A stretch of DNA of 63,488 nucleotides, filler included, from Globobulimina sp. (GCA_003354225.1; 29 parts of 29 records of this genome joined end to end with filler, not necessarily neighbours in it); one strand, 5' to 3'. Shown: positions 1-12,493, numbered from the whole stretch's first letter. Made by a program: numbers and translations. The notes: generated by a model not told the origin, from the letters alone.

Positions 1-1
1 A

Positions 2-439
2 TTAATTAAGATAATATTTAACCATATATGCAGAGGACAAAATAATTACAGTGTTGGTAAAATACGTGGAGGGATTCCATTTTGTGGCGATACAGCAAAG
101 GATCAGCGGCATGATAAAAATAAGTGGGAAAATTCAAATTGGGCCGTAATTTGGGGCAATGTGAAAGATCGGGTACTATCGGATGATGGCGTTTTTACTG
201 ACTGTATTTGTGACGCATTTGAAGGTAATTTGCGTAGAATGAGGAAAAAATGTTTTAGGACATTGATTATTGAGATTGGAATTGATTTGGAACAAAAAAC
301 ATATGCTGCTGAGATTTGTAACATGAATGAGACTTTACGTGAAACAATCATACGATTTGAACCCTTTCCCAGCAAAAAAGAATTGCAGAATGAAATGAAT
401 ATGAATTATGTGGAGTTGCAGGAAATTGATCATGTATAG
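2..439 (+). CDS. Caspase-like cysteine protease, C-terminal part (5'-partial)
   Basis: Frame is open from nt 2. KIIFNHICRG resembles caspase PKxxxxQACRG. It is followed by p10-like segments (NWAVIWGN...DGVFTDCICDAF...ETLRETIIRF). Confidence 0.6.
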   Translation, partial: LIKIIFNHICRGQNNYSVGKIRGGIPFCGDTAKDQRHDKNKWENSNWAVIWGNVKDRVLSDDGVFTDCICDAFEGNLRRMRKKCFRTLIIEIGIDLEQKTYAAEICNMNETLRETIIRFEPFPSKKELQNEMNMNYVELQEIDHV

Positions 440-528
440 ACCACAGTATATAGACAAGAGTGCTAGTTTCATGCTAATTTATTGTTGAGAGCAAAACACC
501 GCGTACAACAAATGAGATCTGTCGTTTA

Positions 529-663
529 GGTGGCTCTTTCCAGAGAAACGGTACGATTTTGTGACCTTTTGTAAACAAAAAGGAACGAACACTGAACACA
601 GTCAACACAAACGAAATCATAGTCAGCAGACACAATCGTACCGTTTCTGTGGAAACAGCCAGC
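529..663. mobile_element. MITE-like element with about 30-bp terminal inverted repeats, flanked by TA
   Basis: Left end GGTGGCTCTTTCCAGAGAAACGGTACGATT versus reverse complement of right end GCTGGCTGTTTCCACAGAAACGGTACGATT (3 mismatches). TA at 527-528 and 664-665. Confidence 0.65.
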
Positions 664-827
664 TATATATTAAACGATGCTATCATCATGTGTCTGGATC
701 CTGTGAATAATCATTATTTGTCAAGGAATACAGAATATTTGGTTGGGTTTTGAGATGGAACATTATATACACAAAATGATACAATCAGTGTAAACAATAT
801 ATCTCGATCTGAAAGTCAAGCACATAT

Positions 828-2093
828 TTAATGTCTAAGTTTTTTAATATGATTTATAATTTTCATTTGATGTGCAACCAATGTAATATTAATCCGATTT
901 AAATCATTCTCATCATTTATTTCCTGTATCATTTCAAGCGAATCAAAACCATTTTGTATAAATATCTCATAATATCTAAGCAATCCAATTGAATCCAACC
1001 ACACATTAATCTCTTTTGCTCCGTCCTCATTAATATCATAATCAATCCCTTCAACACAATTATTCTCCTCATGTTGACGCATACTACCTGCCTCATTTCC
1101 AATTGTTTGTGTTTCTGTACAATCACCAATAATAAACTCATCAATATATACACCATCATTTTCAACCGCATTAACACCATATAAGTTATCCATAATTCCA
1201 AAACTCGTGGAATTCACCATTTCTAATTCTAATACATCATTATCCACAGCAACTCCATCGTCATTACTCATACTAATCATTCCCATATCTGTTTTATTAA
1301 TAATTTCCACCAAATCAGTATCATTATTATCTCCTGAATTATCCATAATATCCAAATATGTTTCATTAATATCTGCAATAACAACGTCATCATCTCCGCT
1401 ACTTTTTACATTTACTATTTCGACATTACTCGTACTTGAAACACGATCCTTTATCATCATTGCGATATTTCTTTGTTTTTTCTTCCAAAATTTATAAAAA
1501 AATAATGCAGCAACACCAAATACAAAACATACAACGATTATAATCACTGCAATATACAGACCAGAATTACTACCTTTTTGATTTGCTGCTATGTCACCTG
1601 TGGAATATATTGTTGTTTCTCTTTGTTCTTGTTCTTTCTCTGCGAATGTTGTCGGTAAATTAGTAGGTGATTTAATTGGTGACGTGGATGGATATTTTGT
1701 TGGCGCAGAAGTAGATGGTACAGATGTTGTTGGAAGTTTGGTTGGATTTTTTGTTGGATGAATTGATGGATTTGATGACGGATTGAGTGTCGGATTTGAT
1801 GATGAAAATTCAGAAGGGTTTGATGTCGGATTTGATGTAGGGTTTGATGATGGATTGCGTGTGGGTGCAGAGGATGGGAATTCAGAAGGGTTTAATGTCG
1901 GATTTGATGTTGGGATATCAAGGCAATAACATGTACAGTATGCAGCACATTGAGTACTTCCAGTGAGCGATATAAGTGTTCCAGTATTTGATCTATCATT
2001 ACATCTTTGATTGGAAGCACAGTTTGAAGTTATTGTACATTCAGAAGCACCATCTATTACTATGTTACATGCGTTTGCATTGCATAAATATCC
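828..2093 (-). CDS. Type I membrane protein: Cys-rich ectodomain, Pro/Thr/Ser stalk, TM helix, cytoplasmic SAM domain (5'-partial)
   Basis: Frame is open from the contig edge. Cys-rich segment, PTSNP/PSSNP repeats, TM LYIAVIIIVVCFVFGVAALFFY followed by KFWKKKQR, and C-terminal SAM (INVWLDSIGLLRYYEIFIQNGFD...HQMKII). Confidence 0.8.
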   Translation of the reverse strand, partial: GYLCNANACNIVIDGASECTITSNCASNQRCNDRSNTGTLISLTGSTQCAAYCTCYCLDIPTSNPTLNPSEFPSSAPTRNPSSNPTSNPTSNPSEFSSSNPTLNPSSNPSIHPTKNPTKLPTTSVPSTSAPTKYPSTSPIKSPTNLPTTFAEKEQEQRETTIYSTGDIAANQKGSNSGLYIAVIIIVVCFVFGVAALFFYKFWKKKQRNIAMMIKDRVSSTSNVEIVNVKSSGDDDVVIADINETYLDIMDNSGDNNDTDLVEIINKTDMGMISMSNDDGVAVDNDVLELEMVNSTSFGIMDNLYGVNAVENDGVYIDEFIIGDCTETQTIGNEAGSMRQHEENNCVEGIDYDINEDGAKEINVWLDSIGLLRYYEIFIQNGFDSLEMIQEINDENDLNRINITLVAHQMKIINHIKKLRH

Positions 2094-2094
2094 G

Positions 2095-2194
2095 NNNNNN
2101 NNNNNNNNNNNNNNNNNNNNNNNNNNNNNNNNNNNNNNTTAATTAATTAANNNNNNNNNNNNNNNNNNNNNNNNNNNNNNNNNNNNNNNNNNNN
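2095..2194. other. Artificial contig-joining spacer (N44-TTAATTAATTAA-N44); first of 28 identical spacers recurring about every 2.19 kb
   Basis: Identical 100-nt block with stops in all six frames between contigs whose lengths fall from 2094 to 2091 nt. Confidence 0.99.
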
Positions 2195-3343
2195 TGAGTG
2201 CATCTACAATGATTATTAAGTTTTGGTGTTATCATTTTGGAAGAATAAAAAGGACAGTAAACAGTTCTTCAGTCTCAGATAAGGGAAGAGTTGTCACAAT
2301 GGATGCAATAATGAAAGAAATTGGAAAATAAATGGATAATGATCTCGTTTTCTAGTGGTCACGCAATTGTAAGTTGTGCAAGGATACCACAAAGTTTTTT
2401 ATTGTTCACCCAACATCTCCCAAACTTTTTTTCATTCATCTGTTTGTTTACCTTGCACTCAAACAAAACAGCACCCAATTTCATGAAAAATAATAAAATG
2501 TGATGATGGGATTTGAACCCAAATAGTCTCGTTAAGCACCATCACAACAAATTAGATGCAGTGGGATGAGACATCAATTCTCATCTATTAAACCAATATA
2601 TGCGTGTTGATATATTTTGCAGCTCCTTCTTCATACTCAGTATTCAACAAAAAATCACGATATCGATTGGTGTATGAGGTTTATGGACGTTGCCATTTGT
2701 TGTTCTGTTTTTGCACCATTTGTTGTGCTTAATGTTGACGTTTATTGTTCCATTTGTTGTTCTGTTTTTGCACCAAATTTTGTGCCAATGTTCATGTTCG
2801 GGATATGGGACATGTTGGCAATGATTTGGTCAATGTCATTAAAATGACGTCCACATTTATTTCCCAATGATTTTGATTCCTCGAATATGATATTATATGG
2901 AAATGCTGTTTGATTTTGTTATCTCCCATAAAAGACTGCGTCTTGGTTGTAGATACTAATTGGTTCGCGAACTATACATATGGTTTGCTCGTTTCTCTAA
3001 TGTGTCGTATTCTGTTGCGTAATCCATTTTTCTTCAAATTTTTTTTCGCCAGACACAACCCACCGCTTTTTTTTTAACACTGCAGTCAACTATTGAGCTA
3101 ATTTAGCACTGTAGTGCAATGTGGTGATCGGATTTCAACTTTTGCCATTGCATACAAAATTCAATCACCACAAAAGCAGAACGTTATCGATTTCCGACTG
3201 TAAACAGAACTATTCACTTAAGTCACTGCAAAAGTTGAAATCCGAACACTACCATGAAAAATGTATAGTTACTGCAGTGACTGCACTTCCAAATAAAGTA
3301 TTTTTGTTAACCGTGAAACAATCCAACAGTCACAAAAATAAAA

Positions 3344-4288
3344 ATGTCGGGTTGGTCAGAATTATTTCACGGGAAGTCTTCAGTTTACGCATTAGATGAG
3401 GTCAGCAAAGAATGGTTAGATCGTGGCATATCCGGCCAATTAATCATGTTTCAAAACAATCAGTTTCGCTCCGACATCCGCATTAAATGGAGCAAAAACC
3501 AGCGGGAGACCTGGTGGAGATTAATGAACGGCAAATTAAAACCAAAAGGCGAAAGAGCGTGGGTCTTAAAAGCATGGGACACCTCCAACAACAAACAAGA
3601 AATATTAGCCATTCGATTCTCTGACATCCAATTATCCACACAATTCTCCATTAAATTCCACCAAATATTCCCACCGCAACATCAACAAATACCACCTCCA
3701 AACATGAATGTAGCGGTCCAACCACAGCGATTCCCGCAACAACAACAATATTTCAATCAAAACATGAATATGATCCGCATGAACTCCATGAACAACCCGT
3801 TGATAATGAACGGTATGATGGGCGCGCCCATGATGGGAATGGGCGGCAACAACAATATACACAATGGCGTTTCTGGCTATAACGGCTATATAATGAACGC
3901 GAATAATAAAAACGGCGCGATGCTGCAGAAAAACGCCAAAACCTGGGAATGCGCAGTGTGTACATATTCCAACGATACGGGCAAAGCCTCGTGTATTATG
4001 TGCGGGTTATCCCAGGACAGCACACAAAAAGCCAATGGCAGCAAAATAACTGTCGATCCAAGTCAACAGCCAATGGTTCCGCCCTCGCCAGCCAATCATA
4101 TGTTGATTGGCAATGTGAATCATCCGCAACCTCCGCCGCAGGCCTTCTTTGCCCACGGCGCACCGCCGGGTCCTAATCCTAACCCGAATTCCAACCCTGT
4201 TTCCGCCGAGTTTAACTTCGACGAAAATGTATTAAAACGCAAACAAAACTCTCAATCGCAACAACAAATGCTGTCACAGTTCGAATCG
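3344..4288 (+). CDS. PH-fold (EVH1/RanBD-like) domain plus RanBP2-type zinc finger protein (3'-partial)
   Basis: N-terminal KEWLDRG...RAWVLKAWD...ILAIRFSD; zinc finger WECAVCTYSNDTGKASCIMC; Q/N/P-rich linkers. Confidence 0.7.
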
Positions 4289-4844
4289 NNNNNNNNNNNN
4301 NNNNNNNNNNNNNNNNNNNNNNNNNNNNNNNNTTAATTAATTAANNNNNNNNNNNNNNNNNNNNNNNNNNNNNNNNNNNNNNNNNNNNAATATCCCATAA
4401 GTGTAGATTTGCAAGAAATAGACACTTTAAGAAGTAATTGGCATCCATGATGTCGTCAGACAGTCAGACAGCCAGACAGTCAGACATGCAGAATACTCAT
4501 TCATTATGTGTTTGTGTAATTTGAATGTTACTATTATGACTAGACTGGTGATTTACGAGACTATTGTGACTATATTCTTAGTGAATTTCTTGTAAACGAA
4601 CAGATAAAATGAAAACTTGTAACATTACACATTACACTGATAAACGACAAATCTCTAATGAAAAGAAAGTGAAAAAGAAAAGGAGTTTTGATTTTTAATA
4701 TGACACAGGAAAATATAGTACTGACATCTGTGTAAAATGTTATCATAAAATGTACTGTTTTCTACGATGTCTGGAAGTTGGATTTTTATTTTTTGCTGTG
4801 TCCATCTATTCTTCCACAACCTTCCCAAGATAATTTTTGTTGTG

Positions 4845-6263
4845 TCATTGTAATCTTACAGCAACCTCTCGCCACCTACAATTTTTTGGATCCAGAGGAT
4901 AAGAGTCATTCATTTCTACCAGATAGGTTGCAGGAGCAGTATTTAAAGTTATGCAGTTGGGTTTTTCTCCCATAGCAACTAATACCACACCATCCAGCCA
5001 ATGACAGATTGATGAATGAAAACCCAATGTTGCACAAGTCCAAACATGTTCCACACCAATAAGTCTAGGATTTATCTCCACTATTTGATATACATAGCTA
5101 ACTCTACCTGAAATGTTTTGTTGTTTCACCGCAAAGATTTCTGTATGTAATGCACCATTTTTATATTGACTTTTCCTTAAAATTGGTGCAAACAACTTTT
5201 GAATTTCATCAATATTAATTTGAGAAGCAGTCTTCATACCAATATCGAGCAAATTAATGCACTGATGAACAATTATACCTTCACAAACCAAAATATCATA
5301 TGAAAACCTTTCTGCATTGATGAATTCTTCCACAATCATTTCACCTTTACTTAATAGGTCAAAACTTTGACCCAAACATGATTCTTTATGTGGGCATATA
5401 TAATTTTGACTTTTTGCCCAAGCTGTATGGCATTCATCCAATGAAAATACAAATTGAACATTATTTTGATGTGTACCCACCACAGGTTTTAACACCAATG
5501 GAAAACCAATTTTCTTTTTTGCAATCAGACACAATGTCTCTTGCTTGCTTGCTACATCATACTTTACGTCTCGAAAACCACATCCAGATAGTTTTTGCAA
5601 CTTTCGAGAGTGAGCTTTGTTTTGTAAATGTTCGAGCACAGCAGGATCATTTCCTGGTAATCCATAATGTGTTTGAAACTGAGCATTGAACACAACATAA
5701 AAATCATCCAAAGCAAATGATCCATTGTACGAAACTGAAGCTTTTTTATCAATGTTGTTGAATGCTGCATGAATGTTGTTTACTGATAATTGCCTTAAAC
5801 CAGGGATAACAATCACATGATCATAGATTTTCTGAGCAGATGCCATCTTATCAGCACCGTCACATGTATCCATTAACAGATGAATCCTTATATTCATTCG
5901 ATGGCACCTTTCTACCAATATTTTTTCATACTTATCACCGACAAAATACTTACCGATTTGTAAAACAGTTTTACAACTTGCAAAAGGTGGATGAAACGAT
6001 TTCTGTCCTAAAATGGCAGATATCACATCAAACCAGATTTTGAATCCATGAAAACGTATAATCGCCAAATTTCTCAATAACAAAGACGCAAAATTTATTT
6101 TCAAATCAACTTGTATGTTTCGAACCTTATTTAACATAATTGATCCAACACAAATATATTTGTAGTCCTTGTAGTTCCATCTCCAACCACAATTGTAAAA
6201 TTTGGATAATATTGACAGAGCAATACAAGTAGATATAAATGCGATGATAAGTAAATTTGCCAT
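4845..6263 (-). CDS. ATP-grasp ligase with N-terminal hydrophobic signal/anchor
   Basis: IGFPLVLKPV, IVEEFI, GALHTEIF and IVEINPRL motifs; hydrophobic N-terminus. Confidence 0.75.
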   Translation of the reverse strand: MANLLIIAFISTCIALSILSKFYNCGWRWNYKDYKYICVGSIMLNKVRNIQVDLKINFASLLLRNLAIIRFHGFKIWFDVISAILGQKSFHPPFASCKTVLQIGKYFVGDKYEKILVERCHRMNIRIHLLMDTCDGADKMASAQKIYDHVIVIPGLRQLSVNNIHAAFNNIDKKASVSYNGSFALDDFYVVFNAQFQTHYGLPGNDPAVLEHLQNKAHSRKLQKLSGCGFRDVKYDVASKQETLCLIAKKKIGFPLVLKPVVGTHQNNVQFVFSLDECHTAWAKSQNYICPHKESCLGQSFDLLSKGEMIVEEFINAERFSYDILVCEGIIVHQCINLLDIGMKTASQINIDEIQKLFAPILRKSQYKNGALHTEIFAVKQQNISGRVSYVYQIVEINPRLIGVEHVWTCATLGFHSSICHWLDGVVLVAMGEKPNCITLNTAPATYLVEMNDSYPLDPKNCRWREVAVRLQ

Positions 6264-6582
6264 AATTTTCTAATGTTGTTTGCAATTGATACAACTAATT
6301 TTACACTCTATTTATACCACTAACAATCTATTTATACCAGGAATCAATTTTGTGGACCTTTGTTCATTGGTGTCACGAAAATGCCTGTATCCTTGTTTGT
6401 GTGTACTATTTATTAGTGTTCCTTGTTTGTGTATGAGGTGGAATCTTTAATTGATTTGTTAGTGTTTTGAACGAAGAAAAAANNNNNNNNNNNNNNNNNN
6501 NNNNNNNNNNNNNNNNNNNNNNNNNNTTAATTAATTAANNNNNNNNNNNNNNNNNNNNNNNNNNNNNNNNNNNNNNNNNNNN

Positions 6583-8676
6583 CTGCTTAACATGATGTAA
6601 ATCCCGGGGTGTCAAATGATTGGATTCTTCTTCACTGTCTTGTCCATTGTGTCGAAGTCCTGGCTTCTCAGGCCATGCTGCTGCATAACTGGTAGATGTA
6701 CATTTAGCACGTGGTCGTCCTAATAGATGCTTCTGACCATACATGTCGATGGTTGATTCCATAAAATCGAATCCGACTTTGTGACGTTGTAAAAAGTCTT
6801 GACCCAAAATGATCGATGGTAAATGAGGGTCATCTGGCACAACATGTACTGTATGTTCGAACATAGTATCACCAATAGCAAAAGACATGACGACTTTACC
6901 CAAAATATCAATGGAGCCCCCAAAACCGGCCATTTTATTATGATGGCAACTATGCAATTTGGACATAGGAATGTGAGCAATTTTGCAAACTGATTTTTGT
7001 GCAATGGTGAGCCTTGAGCCAGTGTCGGCCAATGCTGCTAATTTGCATACTGGGATGCGCTGCCGAAGTAAGTAAAGCGCTAACTCCATGGGTTGTAACA
7101 CGATTATGGAATCAGGGTCAACTTCACCCTTAGGCGGAGCAGTCAACACAGTTGCATTCATAGTATTCTCATCCAACCGAATCGGCCGGACTGCACATAG
7201 CTCTGGCACTGGGGAAACGAGCTTATTGGTCACCCAATCATCATTAGTGGACTCTACTGCTTTAGGTGTTTCCATAAACTCTTTCTCGAGTTTTGCCACC
7301 ATTACATTATGATTGTTTATTTGTATTTGACTCATTCTTAATGCTAAATCAATTTTACGTTTTTCATACCTCTTTTCCTCTTGTCGTCCTTTCTCGCTCC
7401 ACTGGGTCCATGTGTCGTAGTCAGTCTTCAATTCGGGATAATCCGAAATTGGTACCAAATTAGGTCCAAATGTTGGTAAATTGTCCCAGTTATCGATTGG
7501 ATATGATCTTCCTGTCTTTATGGCAAATTGGTGCAAATAATCGAAATACTGTATTGGTCCTTCACCTTTAATACCATCACATTCCACCAAATCCCATTGA
7601 ATGTTGGCAATTTCTTTCTTTGTTGTTGCAATTTTCTTCTTCGCTTCTAGTGATCCGACATATGAAGTTGACCAGGCTGACTGTCCTTCTGATTGTTGTT
7701 GTTCCTTGTCTGATTGTTCTGCTGGGCATTCCGAACGCCAATGACCTGTCTTATGACATGTATGACATGTATACCCAACCCCAGGTAGGTTTCTTGATCG
7801 GTTTGCACCATGTGAATGACTTCCTTCATTCTGTGTGTTTCTCGGTTGATGACATTGGTTATCTCTGTTGGTGGTTGATGACCAATTGCCAATTGTAATG
7901 CGCATAATACGTTCTTTCTCCACTGCGCAGACCTCTTTGTCATAGACATTTGGGAAATATGTCATTGTTTGCATACCTGTGTATCTGGCTGCATGTCCAA
8001 GACTGCCATCTAAACAATGTAAAATCACCGTATAAATGTCACCTTTGCTAAGTGGTGTTAGCCGTGCAACCAATTCTTGTGTTGAAATTGGATGTCTATT
8101 CCGAGCTTTGTCCCAGATGTATGTAACCACCCTTCTGGCCACTTCCGATACAATGTTCCTCAAGTCCTTTTCGGTTGCAGTAATAGATGGCACTCGCGGA
8201 TCTTTTGTTACGGAGACTTTCTCCTTCCGATGTGGTGCAACAGTATCAGTGTCAACAGGAAAAAGTGAATGTACTTCCTGAATAACTGGTTCCTTCTCAG
8301 CGGCAGCACCAGCGCCCCCAGGTTGTCCGGGTATTGCCATATTCAAATCTGGATTTGCTTGTACTGTGGCTGCAATTCGTTTGGCCATGCGAGTCCAATT
8401 TGGTTTATCCATTCCAGTCAAATATTGTTGTACTGTTTTAAGATCTTCTCTGTTAACTTTTTGTTGAAATTCTCGGCACATTCGTTCGTCTCTATTGAAC
8501 ATGAACTCACCCGGTGGATATGCACTGTCAAAATAAATTGGAAACACATGAATAAATTCGGGAAGCATCATATTACCCTGTTGAAGCCTGTACTAAGCAT
8601 CGGCTAACGCACTTCGACTATTGGACGCACTACCGTAAGAATCTTTCAATGCACGTAAGCCCATATAAGGACGAAA
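6583..8676 (-). mobile_element. LTR retrotransposon (Ty3/Gypsy-like) gag-protease fragment
   Basis: Intronless ORF with CCHC knuckle CHTCHKTGHWRSEC and retropepsin motifs ALADTGS and IILGQDFL. Confidence 0.8.
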
Positions 8677-8863
8677 NNNNNNNNNNNNNNNNNNNNNNNN
8701 NNNNNNNNNNNNNNNNNNNNTTAATTAATTAANNNNNNNNNNNNNNNNNNNNNNNNNNNNNNNNNNNNNNNNNNNNATCCAACACTTATAAAAAAAAATG
8801 GCAATTTCCCTCTCTGTGTGATTTTATAAAACAAAACAATATACACTTCAACAACAATTCGCT

Positions 8864-10590
8864 TCATTCTATTTTTCCAATCCTAGCAATAACGCACGTA
8901 ATGTCATCCGTATAGTCCTCGTATTCATCCTGCCATGAAATATTAGCCTCGCGTACAAATTTACTGGTCGTTTTTTGCAAATCTGTGTACATTTCCACGC
9001 CTTTATTTTGATTCAATTTGGTGCCCACTGTCCGCATTACGTCATCATTATCAATCATTTGCCAAATCCCATCAGAGGCAAATATTACAAATATATCCGC
9101 CTCAGACAACGCATGTACAATGATCTCAGGCTCCGAGATTAGGCCACCATATTTATGCGCGATCACATCGCCAATACTCCGCGAGACGGAGGCACTGATT
9201 TTCTTCACCTGGCTCTGTGTGCGGCGATGTTTTGCTTTTGGTTTAGTCTCAGAACCATTACACATATCCCCCACAGACAATAAATTGGCATTTTGTATCA
9301 TTTGCGGGATCTCAATTTGGATCCGAGGGTCATTGTCGTCATACAGAATGCGCGCCGATTTGGTTTTTTCTATCCGTGCCATTTCAGTTTTGTTCCTAGG
9401 GTCGTGGTCATTGGATAAGGCGAGTGAGATTGGCACAGTTTTGTGGTTTGGTGGAATTTTGCCTAACACAGTCCTGGAATCACCGATGTTGGCAACGTAC
9501 AATTTGTCGCCGGCAAACAAGCCAATTGTAGCCGTGGTGCCACTGTAATTTATGTCAAAAGTGAGTTTATTCTGCGACTGTAGTTGGCTTAATTGCGACT
9601 CGATGGTGGTGAACGATTGCTGGAGTATGGAGGTGATGGGCAAGGTGCGGTTGTTTGATAATAGGTTGCTTAGAATGTGTGGAAAGTTATAGGCTACGAA
9701 TTTGGAGACTTGATGGCCGTTTGGTCCATGGCCGTCACAGACGCCGTAGAGCTGGAATTGCGAGGACGGGCCGAAGGAATCTAGCACGATAAACGTGTCC
9801 TGGTTGGTTTTGTGTTTGCCTTTGGATGTACCTTAGAAATGTTACAAATAAAAACATTATAAAAATAAAAACGAAAACGTTTTTCGGTTTTTTTTATTTT
9901 TGCAGTGATAGTGTGCTTTGCTTTGGTTTGGTTTGGCACAGAAATCGAAAACATACCGGCTTGGGTAGCTGACGCAGATTGTATGCATTTAAAAGTAGTA
10001 TTGGATACTCGTTGCATTTCGTGATCATTATTATTATTCATTATAACCCCAAAATCGTCATCTTTGGGTAATGGCTCTTGGTCCTCTTCATCATACTCAT
10101 CATCACTGCCATCAGTACGAAGAGACCTGGACTCTGAGTCATTCTCTTTTGTGTCATCTGATTCTCGTCGAATATTACCATTATGTGACATATTTCTATC
10201 ATCGTTCATAGCCTCTAATACTTCGTCTATTAAATCGTGTGGAACGTGATGTTTATCATTAATTTCATGGTTATCAGGAAATTCAACAATATCATGTAAA
10301 ATGTCAATTTTTGGGGTTTTGTGTTGTTTGTTATGGATGGATTGCGATTGCGATTGCGATTGCGATTGTGATTGAGATTGAGATACGATAGTCATTAAAT
10401 ACGGTACGAGTTCATCGGGTAATTCAGTGGAAGATGACGTCGATCGATTTTGTTTATTATTTTGTGTGTTTACAGTAGTTTCAGTAAATTCAGTTGTTGG
10501 CGTATGTTGGTTCGCGTGCGCGTAGGTAATAGCATTAATATCTACTATGTCTCCTGACGCACGTGAGTTTATACAGTAACAAGAACCCAT
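8864..10590 (-). CDS. PP2C/PPM protein phosphatase, 2 exons (10590-9957, 9831-8864)
   Basis: Splicing the GTATGT..AG intron (9956-9832) restores NQD, VCDGHG, SGTTA, ANIGDSR, SRSIGD, ASDGIW and DDIT. The MGSCYC start suggests myristoylation/palmitoylation. Confidence 0.9.
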
Positions 10591-10970
10591 GCTTTGATTG
10601 CACAATTTTCACTCTCAAAAAAAAAAAACTTTTTATTTCTAGAAACGCAAATTTGCGTTGGAGAAATATGGAGATATCTATCATGTCAAAGTACATAATT
10701 ATGCTAAAACAATGTTGAACTGAACTAGCTTTGGATAAGTTTTGAATGAGGATGTTTTGCTGATATACAGATTGTTGAAAATCTTGGTTTTCTTTCAGTA
10801 TTTCATTGTATTTTGAACATTGAACAAAGTTTGAATTCGGTGTTCTTCCCGTTACAATGTCATATAAAATNNNNNNNNNNNNNNNNNNNNNNNNNNNNNN
10901 NNNNNNNNNNNNNNTTAATTAATTAANNNNNNNNNNNNNNNNNNNNNNNNNNNNNNNNNNNNNNNNNNNN

Positions 10971-12493
10971 TTGGATGAATTGTTGAAGAATCTCAAAGGA
11001 ATTCGTTTTATGGATAAGAAAAAGATTGAAAAAGCATGGCGATCCTTGCACGCACAAGTTATGATATTGATAAACAACCTTTTCTTCACAAAGTCATCCT
11101 TTCACCCACAAATCACAGGAACCACAAGCAGCTAAACCCCAAAATGTAGGCTTTCAATTCCCAGTCGATGCGAAAGAACGTGCGGCGTTTGAAACCCTTG
11201 GCAAATATGCCCAAAAAGTACAGCAGAAATTGGCCAAATATGAGCCATATATGAATGATTCGAAATTTCTAACAACAGAAAGCAATATGATACGGCAACA
11301 GATTGAATCTTTAAAAAATGCCATTGATGCCCGGGGCAATGCATTAATAAAACAATTACAAGTTCAATACAATGGCATTCAAAAAGAATGTAGCGCAGAA
11401 TATAAAAAATGGAAAGAGATTGCAATGAAAATACATGCAACCAAAGCAAACTGCGACCAAGTTTTAAAAATATCTGATTTTCAACAATTAGAAACACGAA
11501 GAAACACCATAATCAATGTATGTTTTTCATATATATATATTTTCTCATTTTAAAGTTATGTGACTTATGTATTGAATGTGTGCGTAGTGCGTGGATGAGA
11601 CAGCAAACATTGTCCAAACTGCGTTGGATGATATCTCCATTGCCGATAATAAGAAAATTGTGGTTGATTTGGATGAATTTAAAGCGTTGGAAGAAAGTAT
11701 GAAAAATGTTGGTCGTGTTTATACGCAATGCTTTGCAATGAATGTAACACATTTCTCAGTGGTTGGGACAACGTTTAGTGTTCAGTGGCAGTTAGAAAAT
11801 GAAAAAGAAGCCACATTCTTCAAATCAGTTTGCAGCAAAATCAAAGTAAAAATAGGTGTTGTCGGTGATGGCGATGATGAAAAGAAAGCGGAACAACAAC
11901 AACCAGGCCATGATAAAAGAAATAATATTGGATGGATTGATGAAATAATACACGATGATGTTTCAAATTATAAGATTGAGAAAAGTGCTGCGAAGATATT
12001 GAGGAATGTAAAAGATAAAAATATTTTGGTTGTTCAAGTGGTTGCATTGGATAATAATAATAAAGTGATACAGCAGACAGAATGCAAATATTTTGAGTGT
12101 GAAGAGGATGGCATAGCCTTTATTGGATATGTTGACTGGACGCAAGAGCGGAGAATGGGTAAAGACGAAGAGGACAATGCAATGAATAAAGTGTGTCAGG
12201 CCAAATATACTGGATCGAGACCTGCGACATATAAGGAATTATTTGATGGGAGAATTAAAGGATTAGTAAAACCAGATAGGAATGGTACTTTGTTGCATTC
12301 TGGAAATGATGATTTGTGGAAAGGAGCAGCAGATCAATATGGTAACCGTCGATTTTATAGAAAGGGGTTTTACAACTCGGCGTATCCTTGGAACCAACCT
12401 TGGACGAAAGGTAGTACTTGGTATGGTAGTAGTGGCAGCGGTAATCGTCTGACCATTGCCGTGAATCGCAGCTTTGTATACAAACCAATATAA
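10971..12493 (+). CDS. Multi-exon coiled-coil protein of unknown function (5'-partial)
   Basis: ORFs 11230 and 11591 join in frame via GT-AG intron 11518-11587; upstream exon has a SAM-like tail. Confidence 0.55.

Noticed and set aside
2507-2520. Isolated GGGTTCAAATCCC B-box/T-arm on the minus strand
   Set aside because: No D-arm or cloverleaf can be built around it
2693-2774. 26-bp direct repeat, plus short microsatellites such as 4455-4486 and 10340-10380
   Set aside because: Ordinary local duplications or low-complexity coding repeats
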